Shown piece by piece: positions 19,106 to 28,669 of a DNA stretch of 64,000 bases. How positions within the stretch are numbered: position 1 is the first letter of the stretch; every line of letters begins with the position of its first letter. Position numbers and translations under genes: made by a program. The DNA is taken from contig JBBRLQ010000005.1 in assembly GCA_038231275.1 (NCBI GenBank), positions 192,001 to 256,000 on the forward strand, written 5' to 3'. Below the pieces are notes generated by a model. It had not been told where the DNA came from. It ran no database searches and worked only from the letters and a program-made list of their open reading frames with translations. Source of the stretch: Polyangiales bacterium (GTDB lineage: Bacteria > Myxococcota_A > Polyangia > Polyangiales > Polyangiaceae).

Positions 19106-19148
19106 GACCCGCCCGCCACGTCGCCGCGACCGCCCCGGCGGGTCGCGT

Positions 19149-20003
19149 CTAGTCTTGCGGCTCGAGAACCGCGCGCAACGAGACGCCGAACGAGCTCTGC
19201 TCTCGCGTCGCACCGATCGACGTTGGGAACGCCATCCCGAAGCGCACGCTCTTCCCGAAGACCGGCGTGACGACAAGCGCCTCGGGCGCGACGAGGAACG
19301 GTCTCGGCTGCGCCCAATCGGCGACGGCCTCGGAGCCGAGATGGACAACGAACGAACCGAGAGGAATGCCATAGAGGGCTGCCCAGCTCGCGCGGACGGG
19401 TGCATGCGAGCTCGCGCCCCCGCCTTCGAAGAACGCGGCAGCGCGCAACGTCAGGGAGTGAAAGAGTAGCGCGCCGCGTAGCCCTGCGGTGTACGGCAAC
19501 GCGGGCTCGGTGAGATCGAGCAGGGCGGACGAGGAGCTCGTCGGGTACTGCGCCGAGGTCTCCCCCTGGAGGAAGATCATCCGCGCGAAGTCTTGCGTGA
19601 AGACATACGACAGCGTGCCGCGGCTCGCGATCGCGGGGTCCTTCAATGAAGCACCCTCCATCGTTCCCCCGAGGCCGAGCTCCGCGCCGATCCCAGCTCG
19701 CGCGAACGGTCGCCACTCCGCCTCGATGGCGTCGCGCCATACGCCGTTGGGGTTGTGGCGCGCATGCACCACCGTGTGCGTCGTGTCCAGTTCGAGCGTG
19801 CCGGTCTCCATCGAGTCGACGTCCGTGATGTTCTCCTCGATCACCGGCTCGGCAAGCGGCGCCTCCGCACGCACGCGTCGCGCGGGCAGGGACACGGTAG
19901 AGACGAGCGCGACGACGGTGCCGACGCGCGCGCGGGCGAGCGCGAGGAAACGAGCCCGTCGTGGAGCGAGCCCATCGAGCACGCGCGCCGCGTCCACGGT
20001 CAT
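19149..20003 (-). CDS. putative secreted/outer-membrane beta-rich protein
   Basis: Signal-like N-terminus, alternating beta-strand pattern; start at 20003 or 20087. Confidence 0.6.
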   Translation of the reverse strand: MTVDAARVLDGLAPRRARFLALARARVGTVVALVSTVSLPARRVRAEAPLAEPVIEENITDVDSMETGTLELDTTHTVVHARHNPNGVWRDAIEAEWRPFARAGIGAELGLGGTMEGASLKDPAIASRGTLSYVFTQDFARMIFLQGETSAQYPTSSSSALLDLTEPALPYTAGLRGALLFHSLTLRAAAFFEGGGASSHAPVRASWAALYGIPLGSFVVHLGSEAVADWAQPRPFLVAPEALVVTPVFGKSVRFGMAFPTSIGATREQSSFGVSLRAVLEPQD

Positions 20004-20172
20004 TGCCCGCTCACTTGCCTCGTCGCGCTGCGCAGCTGCGCGAGAACGGACAGGCGCAACTCGGACCGCAGGTGCAAGTCGGTCCACCGCCAAAACATTA
20101 CATTCCTCCTCCCGCGCCGTCGAACGACGACCTCACCATCCGAAGGCGAGCCGCGGGGCCGCGAGCGCGCTC

Positions 20173-20373
20173 TTACCGCAGCTTTTCTTCGCTCCCGGCG
20201 CGTTCCTCGCTCGCCGCTTCGATTCGCGGGGGCCGCGGGAGTGGGGGCGGCGGGGGGACAGGGCCCATGCACGCGAGGCCCATGAGCGCGACACGGGCAA
20301 CACGCCAGACGGCGCGCGCGAGTCGATTCGGCCATGAGCGCGCGCGCGTCGGGCCGCGCGTTGGCTTCGACAT
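20173..20373 (-). CDS. small protein with hydrophobic stretch and poly-Pro tract
   Basis: Strong RBS AAGGAG; ...VALMGLACMGPVPPPPPLPRPPRIEA... Confidence 0.6.
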   Translation of the reverse strand: MSKPTRGPTRARSWPNRLARAVWRVARVALMGLACMGPVPPPPPLPRPPRIEAASEERAGSEEKLR

Positions 20374-20418
20374 GAGAGCTCCTTCTTCGTGAGGTGAGCG
20401 CCTGGGGAAGGCGCGCGC

Positions 20419-20757
20419 TCAGCGAAGAAGGGCGCAGTCGAGGAGGAACAGCGGGGCGAGTCGTGGGATGGGTGCGTTGCGGCCGACCTTGGCGGTCGGT
20501 AGCGCGCGTGTGTTCGCTTTGGCGGGGAACGTGGGCTCGCCTGCCGCAGCGCGCTGCGCGGGACGCTGCGAAGGGGAGGGCACGTTGGGTCGTGCCGCGG
20601 TGGCGCGGAAGGAAGCGACGAGCTCGATCGCGTCGACGACGACTGCGTCGGAGGCGGCAGCCGGCGCCGGGACGAGCGCCAGACCCAGCGCGACCACAAT
20701 TCCACGAAGGACGCGGAGCCAGGTCGCGCAGCGCGTTATCCGCCGTGTCCCTTCCAT
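20419..20757 (-). CDS. small signal-peptide protein ending LFLLDCALLR
   Basis: N-terminal hydrophobic signal, Pro/Ala linker, hydrophobic Cys-containing C-terminus; TACCCT 6 nt before ATG. Confidence 0.6.
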   Translation of the reverse strand: MEGTRRITRCATWLRVLRGIVVALGLALVPAPAAASDAVVVDAIELVASFRATAARPNVPSPSQRPAQRAAAGEPTFPAKANTRALPTAKVGRNAPIPRLAPLFLLDCALLR

Positions 20758-20867
20758 CGCATCAGGGTAGCCACCCGGCTCGGGCCTCGCAACCGACCGC
20801 GCGTCGGCCTCCGACCCTCGGCGGTGGGCCGAGCCGCCGGCCAGCGGATCTGGTAGAGACGCGAGGC

Positions 20868-23800
20868 GTGATCCCGCGCCTCACCGAGCTCCAGCCTGCG
20901 ACGGCGCAGACGCGCGCGTTCCTCGCCGAAATGAAGCGCGCGGGCTTCACCGGCGATCTCGCCGACGATCTTGCGACCCGCGTGGTCGGGGCGACGGACA
21001 ACTCGATCTACCAGATCCTGCCGCAGGCGATCCTCTACCCGAAGACGAAGGGCGACGTCGTCACGCTGATGCGCACCGCCGCGACCGCGCCGTTTCGCAC
21101 GCTCACGCTGACCGCGCGCGGCGGAGGGACCGGCACCAACGGGCAGTCGCTGACGTCGGGGCTGATCGTCGACGTCGGGCGTCACATGACGCGCATCCTG
21201 GGCCGCGACGGGGATCGCGTCGAGGTCGAGCCCGGCGTCGTCCTCGATCAGCTGAACGCTCATCTCGCGCCGGACGGCGTGTTCTTTGCGCCGAACCTCT
21301 CGCCGAGCTCACGCGCCACGCTCGGCGGGATGATCTCGACGGACGCGAGCGGTCAGGGATCGCGCGTCTACGGGAAGACCTCCCAGCACGTGGCGACGCT
21401 CGAGGTCGTGCTGATCGACGGCTCGGTCCTCGTGACGCGTCCGATGCGTCGCGACGAAGTCCTGGCGATGCCGGCGTGGGACACAGATGCGCCGCTCGCC
21501 GAGCGTTTGCCTCGCGCCGTCCTCGCGCTGGCCGAGAGGGTGCGGCCGGAGTTCGTCGCCAAGCTGCCGAGGCTCACGCGCTTCTTGACGGGCTACAACC
21601 TGGAGCGCGTGTGGGACCCGGAAGAAGGCACGCTCGATCTCAAGTGGCTCATCACCGGCGCCGAGGGCACGCTCGGCATCGTGACGAAAGCGTGGCTCGG
21701 CGTGGTGCCGATCCCCACCGCGCGACGTCTCGCCGTCCTCGAGTTCGGGAGCTTCGACGCGGCGCTCGCCTCGGCGGAAATCGTCCTCGCCCAGAACCCC
21801 TCGTCGATCGAGACCGTCGACGAGCGCGTCATGGATCTCGCGCGCGAGGACATCATCTTCCCCAGCGTCGCGGCTTATCTCCCGACGCGGCCGGCGCCTG
21901 CGCCGAAGACCGCGGCGATCAACCTGGTCGAGTTCGAGGGAATGGACACGGCCGACGTCGAGGGGAAGATGGCGTCGCTCGTTCGCGCATGCGACGCGCA
22001 CCGTGGCGAACCGGGCTGGCCCCTCGCCGTTTCGGTCGCCGCGAACGACGCGGATCGCAACGCGCTCTGGCAGCTTCGGGCGAAGGGCGTCGGGCTCTTG
22101 GGGAACACGAAGGGCCGGCGCAAACCGGTGCCTTTCGTCGAGGACACCGTCGTCCCTCCCGAGAAGCTCTCGAAGTACGTGGCGGAGTTCCGCGCCCTCC
22201 TCGACGCCGAGGGCTTGGTGTACGGGATGTTCGGTCACGTCGACGTCGGCTGCCTGCACGTGCGGCCCGCGCTCGATCTGCGCGATCCGGAAGACGAGGC
22301 GCGCGTGCGGCGGATCTCCGATCAGGTCGCGGCGCTGTGCACGAAGTACGGCGGCGTCATCTGGGGCGAGCACGGCAAGGGCTTTCGCTCCGAATACAGC
22401 CCACTCCACTTCGGCGATCTGTTCGTGCACATCGAGGCGACCAAGACGCTCTTCGATCCCGACCATCGGCTCAACCCCGGGAAGGTCGCGACGCCCACCG
22501 GCCAACGCCGGCACTTGGCGACGATCGAGCAGCCCACGCGTGGCCAACAGGATCGCCAGATCGAGCGGCGCGCCCAAGACACGTTCGCGCTCGCGATCGA
22601 CTGCAACGGCAACGGGCAGTGCTTCCACTGGGACCCCGACCACGTGATGTGCCCGTCGTCGAAGATCACGCGCGATCGGATCCACACCCCGAAGGGTCGC
22701 GCGGGCGTGATGCGCGAGTGGCTTCGCCAGCTCTCCAACGCGGGTGCTGGCCTCCCGCAGCGGCCGAGCGTGCTCGGGGCGCCGCTCCGGATCGTCCACA
22801 CGCTCGGCAAGGTTTTCGGCACGTTCGACTATTCGCACGAGGTCCACAGGGCGATGGAAGGGTGCCTGGCGTGCAAGGCGTGCGCGACGCAGTGCCCGGT
22901 GAAGGTCGACGTCCCTGCGTTCCGCAGCGAGTTCCTCGAGAGCTACCACTCGCGCTACCTCCGGCCTCTGCGCGATCACCTCGTGGCCGGCCTCGAAGGA
23001 GCCCTCGCCGCGATGTCACGCGCGCCGTGGTTCTTCAACTTTTTTCTCGGTTCGAAGATCTTCCAGCGCGTCTTCGGTGCGCTCACCGGCCTCGTCGACA
23101 CGCCGCTCCTCGCCCGTCGCGCCCTCACGAAAGAGCTCGAGGACCGGAAGATACCGATGCTCGGCCCCGCGTCACCACCGCCGTCGCCCGACAAACCGCG
23201 CGTCGTCCTCGTGCAAGACGCGTTCACGAGCTTCTACGAACCGGACCTCGTGCTCAAGGTGCGGGAGCTCCTCGATCGCCTCGGGTGCGACGTGCAGATC
23301 GCGCCCTACGTGCCGAACGGCAAAGGGCTCCACGTGAAAGGCTTCCTCCGCCGCTTCGAGAAGCAAGCGAGGCGCACCGCGGAGACCCTCAAGCAGCTCG
23401 CGGCCTCCGGCGCGACGCTCGTGTCGATCGAGCCGGCCGTCGGCCTGACGTACCGCGACGAGTACCGGCACGCGCTCGGCAAGGATCTCGGCTTCGAGGT
23501 CGTGCTCCTCCAAGAGCTCCTCGCGCGGATCGTCCCGAAGAAGGAGACGGCCGCGCCGACGGGCGAGCCATACCGTCTCTTCGGCCATTGCACCGAGAAG
23601 ACCCTGGCTCCGGCGTCGCAGCGACAGTGGGTCGAGGTCTTCGGTCGCGTTGGCCTACGCCTCGATCCGGTCGCGACGGGCTGCTGCGGAATGAGCGGTG
23701 CCTTCGGCCACGAGAGGATTCACCGCGAGGAGTCGAAGGGGATCTGGGATCTCTCGTGGGGGCGCTGGACCCGCGACGATCCCTCGCGCGTGCTCGCGAC

Positions 23801-23903
23801 AGGGTACTCGTGCCGCAGCCAAGCTCACCGCTTCGGCGCCTTCTCGCCGCGCCACCCGGCCGAGGTCCTCCTCGAGAGATTGGTCGAGATCCCGATCCCG
23901 TGA
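20868..23903 (+). CDS. ydiJ: FAD- and Fe-S-binding oxidoreductase (YdiJ/D-2-hydroxyglutarate dehydrogenase-like)
   Basis: MIPRL start; TDNSIYQ, RGGGTGTNGQS, GHVDVGCLHVRP, WGEHGKG, CNGNGQC, CLACKACATQCP, GCCGMSG. Confidence 0.88.
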   Translation: MIPRLTELQPATAQTRAFLAEMKRAGFTGDLADDLATRVVGATDNSIYQILPQAILYPKTKGDVVTLMRTAATAPFRTLTLTARGGGTGTNGQSLTSGLIVDVGRHMTRILGRDGDRVEVEPGVVLDQLNAHLAPDGVFFAPNLSPSSRATLGGMISTDASGQGSRVYGKTSQHVATLEVVLIDGSVLVTRPMRRDEVLAMPAWDTDAPLAERLPRAVLALAERVRPEFVAKLPRLTRFLTGYNLERVWDPEEGTLDLKWLITGAEGTLGIVTKAWLGVVPIPTARRLAVLEFGSFDAALASAEIVLAQNPSSIETVDERVMDLAREDIIFPSVAAYLPTRPAPAPKTAAINLVEFEGMDTADVEGKMASLVRACDAHRGEPGWPLAVSVAANDADRNALWQLRAKGVGLLGNTKGRRKPVPFVEDTVVPPEKLSKYVAEFRALLDAEGLVYGMFGHVDVGCLHVRPALDLRDPEDEARVRRISDQVAALCTKYGGVIWGEHGKGFRSEYSPLHFGDLFVHIEATKTLFDPDHRLNPGKVATPTGQRRHLATIEQPTRGQQDRQIERRAQDTFALAIDCNGNGQCFHWDPDHVMCPSSKITRDRIHTPKGRAGVMREWLRQLSNAGAGLPQRPSVLGAPLRIVHTLGKVFGTFDYSHEVHRAMEGCLACKACATQCPVKVDVPAFRSEFLESYHSRYLRPLRDHLVAGLEGALAAMSRAPWFFNFFLGSKIFQRVFGALTGLVDTPLLARRALTKELEDRKIPMLGPASPPPSPDKPRVVLVQDAFTSFYEPDLVLKVRELLDRLGCDVQIAPYVPNGKGLHVKGFLRRFEKQARRTAETLKQLAASGATLVSIEPAVGLTYRDEYRHALGKDLGFEVVLLQELLARIVPKKETAAPTGEPYRLFGHCTEKTLAPASQRQWVEVFGRVGLRLDPVATGCCGMSGAFGHERIHREESKGIWDLSWGRWTRDDPSRVLATGYSCRSQAHRFGAFSPRHPAEVLLERLVEIPIP

Positions 23904-24067
23904 CTCGCGCTACGTCACGACGAGCGGGCTCCGCCGAGCACCGAGGCGCGTCGAATCGAGCAGCGAATCGAGCGTGTCCACGCGGTGAGGGTACCAGGTG
24001 ACGTGACGCCACGTGCCCTCACGCCGATGGCGGAGCAGCGACGACGCGGCTAGAATCGGCTCGATCG

Positions 24068-24973
24068 ATGGGGAAGCTGGAGGACGGTCTGCCCGAGCCC
24101 TTGCGCGCGCGCGTCGCGTCGGAGCCGGGGGCAGCGGAGAAGCTCGCCGCGGCGATCGAGCGGGCGAGCGCAGAGGTCCCGGAGATCCGCGTCGAGCCGG
24201 CAGCCCTCGCCGAGTACGTCCTCGCGCGCGCGCCGGAAGAGGGGTCGCTCGGCGCGCACCTCGACGGCGTTCGCGCGGGGGACCTCCTCCTCGCGGCGGC
24301 GTGCACGCGCGGCGATCCGGCGGCGTTCGCGCTGTTCGAGCAGCGCTACTTCGACGAGGTGCCGATCGCCTACTCGCGGTTTCGCACGACGACGACGCTC
24401 GATGAGCTCCGCCAGGCGCTACGCGACAAGCTGTTCGTGGCGGACGCGGGCGCGGCGCCCAAGATCGCGCTCTACACCGGCGCCGGCGAGCTGCGGCCGT
24501 GGTTCCGGGTCACCGTCGTTCGAATGCTCCTGAACCTCGTGACGCGCGCGCCGAAGGAGGTCGAGCTCAAGGACGCGATGGTCGAGGCCCTCCCCGGTAC
24601 CTTCGACGACGCGGAGCTCGCGCACACACGCGCGCTCTATGGAGGCGCGCTCACCGAGGCATTCGGTGAGGCGATCAAGAAGCTGGATCGGCGCGAGCGG
24701 TCGCTCCTTCGCTTTGCGGTATGCGACGGCCTGACGGTCGACGCGATCGGGAAGATCCACGGCGTTCATCGCGCGACCGCCGCCCGGTGGGTGCAGGCTG
24801 CCCGCGAGCGGCTCGAGCACGAGGTCCTGGACGCGGTGCGCGCGCGCATTCCCGCCGGCGACGACAGCCTCGCCAGCATCATGCGCCTGCTCGCCGGCGA
24901 GGTCGACGTCTCGCTCCGCGTTCACCTCGCCACGGGAAGCTCGAGCGCCGCCGGGACGCCGACCGGAGGCTGA
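24068..24973 (+). CDS. ECF-like RNA polymerase sigma-70 factor, myxobacterial kinase-linked type
   Basis: DLLLAAAC..GDPAA, YTGAGELRPW (region 2); LTVDAIGKIHGVHRATAARW (region 4 HTH). Confidence 0.8.
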   Translation: MGKLEDGLPEPLRARVASEPGAAEKLAAAIERASAEVPEIRVEPAALAEYVLARAPEEGSLGAHLDGVRAGDLLLAAACTRGDPAAFALFEQRYFDEVPIAYSRFRTTTTLDELRQALRDKLFVADAGAAPKIALYTGAGELRPWFRVTVVRMLLNLVTRAPKEVELKDAMVEALPGTFDDAELAHTRALYGGALTEAFGEAIKKLDRRERSLLRFAVCDGLTVDAIGKIHGVHRATAARWVQAARERLEHEVLDAVRARIPAGDDSLASIMRLLAGEVDVSLRVHLATGSSSAAGTPTGG

Positions 24974-25030
24974 GCGTACGATTCCCATGCGACGAAGGGA
25001 ATTTTGCGTGTCCGTCAGGAGAGGAGCCAC

Positions 25031-27940
25031 GTGAGCGCGTGTCCGAACGACGAGATCCTCTCGGCCTACGTCGAGCAGAAGGCGACCGATCGCGCCGCGA
25101 TCGAGGAGCACCTCGACGGGTGCAAGGCGTGCCGCGTCGTCGTCGGGCACCTCGCGGCCGTTGGCGTGATGGTGGACGAGCTGAAGGTCGATCCGGATCG
25201 CACGCACCAGACCGGGCCGACGGAGGACCTCGCCGCGACCGAGGCCGACGCGGCGCTGCTCTTCGGGCCGCCGCTTGCGCGTGGGACTCGCGTGGATCGC
25301 TACGTCGTCGATGGAGAGCTCGGTCGTGGCGGCATGGGCGTCGTCCTCCTCGCGCACGATCCTCAGCTCGCGCGGACGGTTGCGTTGAAGATCGTTCGCC
25401 CAGGGACCAGCGACGAGTCAGCGCGCGCGGGGCTACTGCGCGAGGCGCGGGCGATGGCGCGCTTGTCTCATCCCAACGTGGTGGCGATCCACGACGTCGG
25501 CGAGCTCGACGACGGGCGCGTCTTCCTCGCGATGGAGCACGTACGCGGGACGACGCTGCGACGCGCTCTCGCGGGCGAGGAGAGATCCAGCGCGCGGACG
25601 ATCGATCTCTTCCTCCAGGCGGGCAAGGGCCTCGCGGCCGCGCACGCGGTGGGGCTGATCCATCGAGATTTCAAGCCCGAAAACGTGCTCGTGGGCGACG
25701 ACGGGCGCGTGCGGGTGACGGACTTCGGCTTGGCCCGTGGCACGAGCGGGCCGGGTGTGCCGGCGTCGCTGCGCGGGGGCCACGACGCCGCCGTACCGCC
25801 GTCGGGCCTCACGCGCACGGGCGCGATTGTAGGGACACCGGCCTACATGGCGCCGGAGCAGACGCTCGGGCTCGCCGCCACACCCGCGACCGATCAGTTC
25901 GCGTTCGCCGTCGCGCTGTTCGAGGCGCTCACGGGCATGCGCCCCTTCGCGGGGACCACGTTCGAGGAGATCGCAAAGGCGAAGGTCGGCGGCGACCGGC
26001 GCGCGTGGCCGCCGAGTCCGATCGTCTCCCCGGAGCTCATGGCCATCGTCGACCGCGGTCTGGCGCGAGCGCCCGAGGAAAGGCACGCGTCGATGAACGC
26101 GCTCCTCGAGCTCCTCGAGCGCGCGCGTGAGAGCGCCCCGCGGTCAGGGCGGTCACGCGCCGTCGTCTCGCTCTTGGTCGTCGCCGTCGTCGCCGTCGTC
26201 GCCGTGATTGGCGCGGCGACGGTGCGCGCGCGCAGCGGTACGGCCGTCGTCGCTCCGAACGCGAGCGTCGCGTGCGTCGATGGTGCGCGCGCGATGACCG
26301 CGATCTGGGGTGACGTGAAGAGGAACGAGGTGCGCGCCGCGCTCTCGACGAAGACCGCCGCGCCGATCGCCGTCGACGAGACGCTCGCGACGCTCGATCG
26401 GCAAGCCCGCGAGTGGACGACGATGCACGACGCCTCGTGCGCCGCGACCCGTGACTCCACACAACCGGAGCCGGCCTTTCGTCTGCGCGCCGCGTGCCTC
26501 CGCCGCAGGTGGAACGAGCTGGTCGAGATGATCGACGTCCTCGCCCACGAGCCGCCCGATCCCGACGACGCGTTCGCGGGCGATCCGCTGGGCTCCGTGC
26601 GGGCATGCGCGGACCTACGAACGCTCGCCGCCACCGAGCCTCCGCCGCCAGACCCTGCCGAGCTCGCGCGCGTGGAGGACTTCTACGCGCGCATCGCACG
26701 GGCTCGGGCCATGTCGAAGGGAACGTGGGCGTCGATGAACGCGCTCGCCGCGGACGTCGCGCGCGTCAAGTGGTCGCCGGTGGTGGCCGAGCATGCCCTC
26801 CTCGGCGCCGAGCTCGCTGCGACGATCCCCATGGAGGAGGCGATCCGTTTGGCGGAGACGAGTCGCGACGACGAGCTGGTCGCGCGCGCGCGGCGGGCGT
26901 ACGCGCGGAAGCAAATCGTCGCCGGCACCGGGGCCTTCGTCGAGCTCTCCGGCGCGCTTGCTGCCGCGACGAAGCTGGAACGCCCCGATCTCCGCGCGGA
27001 CGTGCTGGAGCAGCGCGCCGTCGCCGAGAAGGATTTTGGACGCTTCGCCGCGGCGCTCGTGACGGCGACCGAAGCGCTCGCCCTTCGCGAAGGAGGCGCG
27101 GAGTCGCCGCGGAGGCCGCGTGCGCTCTGGATCGTCGACCTAACGCTCGTGCGAGCAGAGGCGGCGATCGAGCAGGGGGAGATCGGGACCGCGCGCGACG
27201 CGCTCCGCGTGCTCGAGCCGGTTCCGGACGACGCGGTGAAGGCGGCGCGGCTGGTCCTGGCAGGCCGTGTGGCCATCGCGGAGGGGCACGCCGACGCCGC
27301 GCGACCGCTGCTCGCCGAGGCGCGCACGCTCGCCGCGAACGTGGCGCACGCGGACCTCGTGAAGAGCAGCACCCGCGAGCGGCGCGCGTGGCGAATCGCC
27401 GAAGAGGCGCTCTTCGCGTCGATGTGGGCGATGGGGGTCGCGGAGCACGCGCTCGGCCGGCGCGACGAGGCGGAGCGGGCCCTTGTCGACACGCTCAACG
27501 CGCTCACGGAGCGGGGCTTCGGGCTGGCGCCGATCGTCCAGGCGCGCGCGGTGCTCCTCCTGAACCGGATCCAGCGCGGTAAGGTCCCCGCGCCGCGGGC
27601 GCTCGCGCGGGCGAAGCGCGCTTTCGAGCTCGTCGAGCCGTTGGAGCCCGCGCCGATCGCGGCGGAGGCGCTGATCGCGCTCGGCGAGGCGCTTGTCGGA
27701 ACCGGGGACGCGGCGGGCGCGATCGCGCGCCTCACGCACGCTGAGGTCCTCGCGCGCGACGCGCCGGTTTGGCTTCGTGTCGAGTGCGCCACCGCGTTGC
27801 TCGGCGCGTCGCGCGCGCGCGGCGCGGATCCGGCGGCGCTCCCGCGCGCGAACGAGATCGCGCGACGTGCGCTCGCCGACGCGAACGCCGATACGCCCGG
27901 CCGCGCCGCCCTCGAGGCTCTCCTCACGAGGCCGCCGTGA
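25031..27940 (+). CDS. Ser/Thr protein kinase with N-terminal zinc-finger (ZAS-like), TM segment and TPR-like C-terminus
   Basis: CP...HLDGCKAC; LGRGGMG, VALK, HRDFKPEN, DFGLA, GTPAYMAPE. Confidence 0.92.
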   Translation: MSACPNDEILSAYVEQKATDRAAIEEHLDGCKACRVVVGHLAAVGVMVDELKVDPDRTHQTGPTEDLAATEADAALLFGPPLARGTRVDRYVVDGELGRGGMGVVLLAHDPQLARTVALKIVRPGTSDESARAGLLREARAMARLSHPNVVAIHDVGELDDGRVFLAMEHVRGTTLRRALAGEERSSARTIDLFLQAGKGLAAAHAVGLIHRDFKPENVLVGDDGRVRVTDFGLARGTSGPGVPASLRGGHDAAVPPSGLTRTGAIVGTPAYMAPEQTLGLAATPATDQFAFAVALFEALTGMRPFAGTTFEEIAKAKVGGDRRAWPPSPIVSPELMAIVDRGLARAPEERHASMNALLELLERARESAPRSGRSRAVVSLLVVAVVAVVAVIGAATVRARSGTAVVAPNASVACVDGARAMTAIWGDVKRNEVRAALSTKTAAPIAVDETLATLDRQAREWTTMHDASCAATRDSTQPEPAFRLRAACLRRRWNELVEMIDVLAHEPPDPDDAFAGDPLGSVRACADLRTLAATEPPPPDPAELARVEDFYARIARARAMSKGTWASMNALAADVARVKWSPVVAEHALLGAELAATIPMEEAIRLAETSRDDELVARARRAYARKQIVAGTGAFVELSGALAAATKLERPDLRADVLEQRAVAEKDFGRFAAALVTATEALALREGGAESPRRPRALWIVDLTLVRAEAAIEQGEIGTARDALRVLEPVPDDAVKAARLVLAGRVAIAEGHADAARPLLAEARTLAANVAHADLVKSSTRERRAWRIAEEALFASMWAMGVAEHALGRRDEAERALVDTLNALTERGFGLAPIVQARAVLLLNRIQRGKVPAPRALARAKRAFELVEPLEPAPIAAEALIALGEALVGTGDAAGAIARLTHAEVLARDAPVWLRVECATALLGASRARGADPAALPRANEIARRALADANADTPGRAALEALLTRPP

Positions 27941-28617
27941 GCGCGTGCGCTCGAGCGACGCTCGCCGTCGCGATCGCCCTCGTGCCGGCCGGATGCGCGC
28001 GAAGGACGCCCCTCGGAGCTGGCGCTGCCCTCGACGCGGGCGCAGATCCCGCGATCGGCCATTTTTCTCCCGTCGGACCCGCGAGCGCGTTCGCCCCGGC
28101 GCCTCCTCCGCCGTCGCTCGACGAGGAGGCGGCCTCACCGACGGCGGAAGAAGCCGCGCAGACACCGATGCCTCGCTTCGCGCCGATCGTCCCAAATCCG
28201 TCGATGCGGTCGAAGCTGCCATGCCCGCCGGGGACCACGCTCTCGGTCCTCGAGACGTCCATCGAGTGCCGGCTCATTCGCCCCAAAAACTTGTTCTTCG
28301 CGAGTGAGGGCCCCGCGCTCGCCTTTTACCCGAGCGGCAAGCTCGCCTCCCAGGGGCACCACTCCGCCGGCAAACCGGCGGGGCACTGGTGGTACTTCCG
28401 CGAGGACGGCACGCTCGACTACGAGGTGGACTTCGTGGACGGCGAATGGGACGGCGTCTACGTGCAGTACTGGCCGAGCGGCGCGCGTCACGAGGAGCAC
28501 CACGAGAAGGCCGGAGTCCACGAAGGGCCCGCCAAGATCTGGGACGAGCGCGGCCGGCTCCTCTCGTGGTCCCTGTACGCCGGCGATCACGTCGTGCGCA
28601 CGAAGTCGTTTCGGTGA
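27937..28617 (+). CDS. MORN-variant repeat (YwqK-like) lipoprotein
   Basis: PAGC lipobox-like; repeats FYPSGKLASQG, YFREDG, YWPSGA, WDERG. Confidence 0.7.
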   Translation: MSACARATLAVAIALVPAGCARRTPLGAGAALDAGADPAIGHFSPVGPASAFAPAPPPPSLDEEAASPTAEEAAQTPMPRFAPIVPNPSMRSKLPCPPGTTLSVLETSIECRLIRPKNLFFASEGPALAFYPSGKLASQGHHSAGKPAGHWWYFREDGTLDYEVDFVDGEWDGVYVQYWPSGARHEEHHEKAGVHEGPAKIWDERGRLLSWSLYAGDHVVRTKSFR

Positions 28618-28650
28618 AGTGGAGCGAAGCGCAGCGGAGCAAAGCGCTCC
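28618..28650. repeat. REP-like intergenic element, copy 1
   Basis: AGTGGAGCGAAGCGCAGCG is identical (reverse complement) to 49256-49274; GGAGCG/CGCTCC hairpin. Confidence 0.65.
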
Positions 28651-28669
28651 TTGAGCGCGCGCGTCGAAA

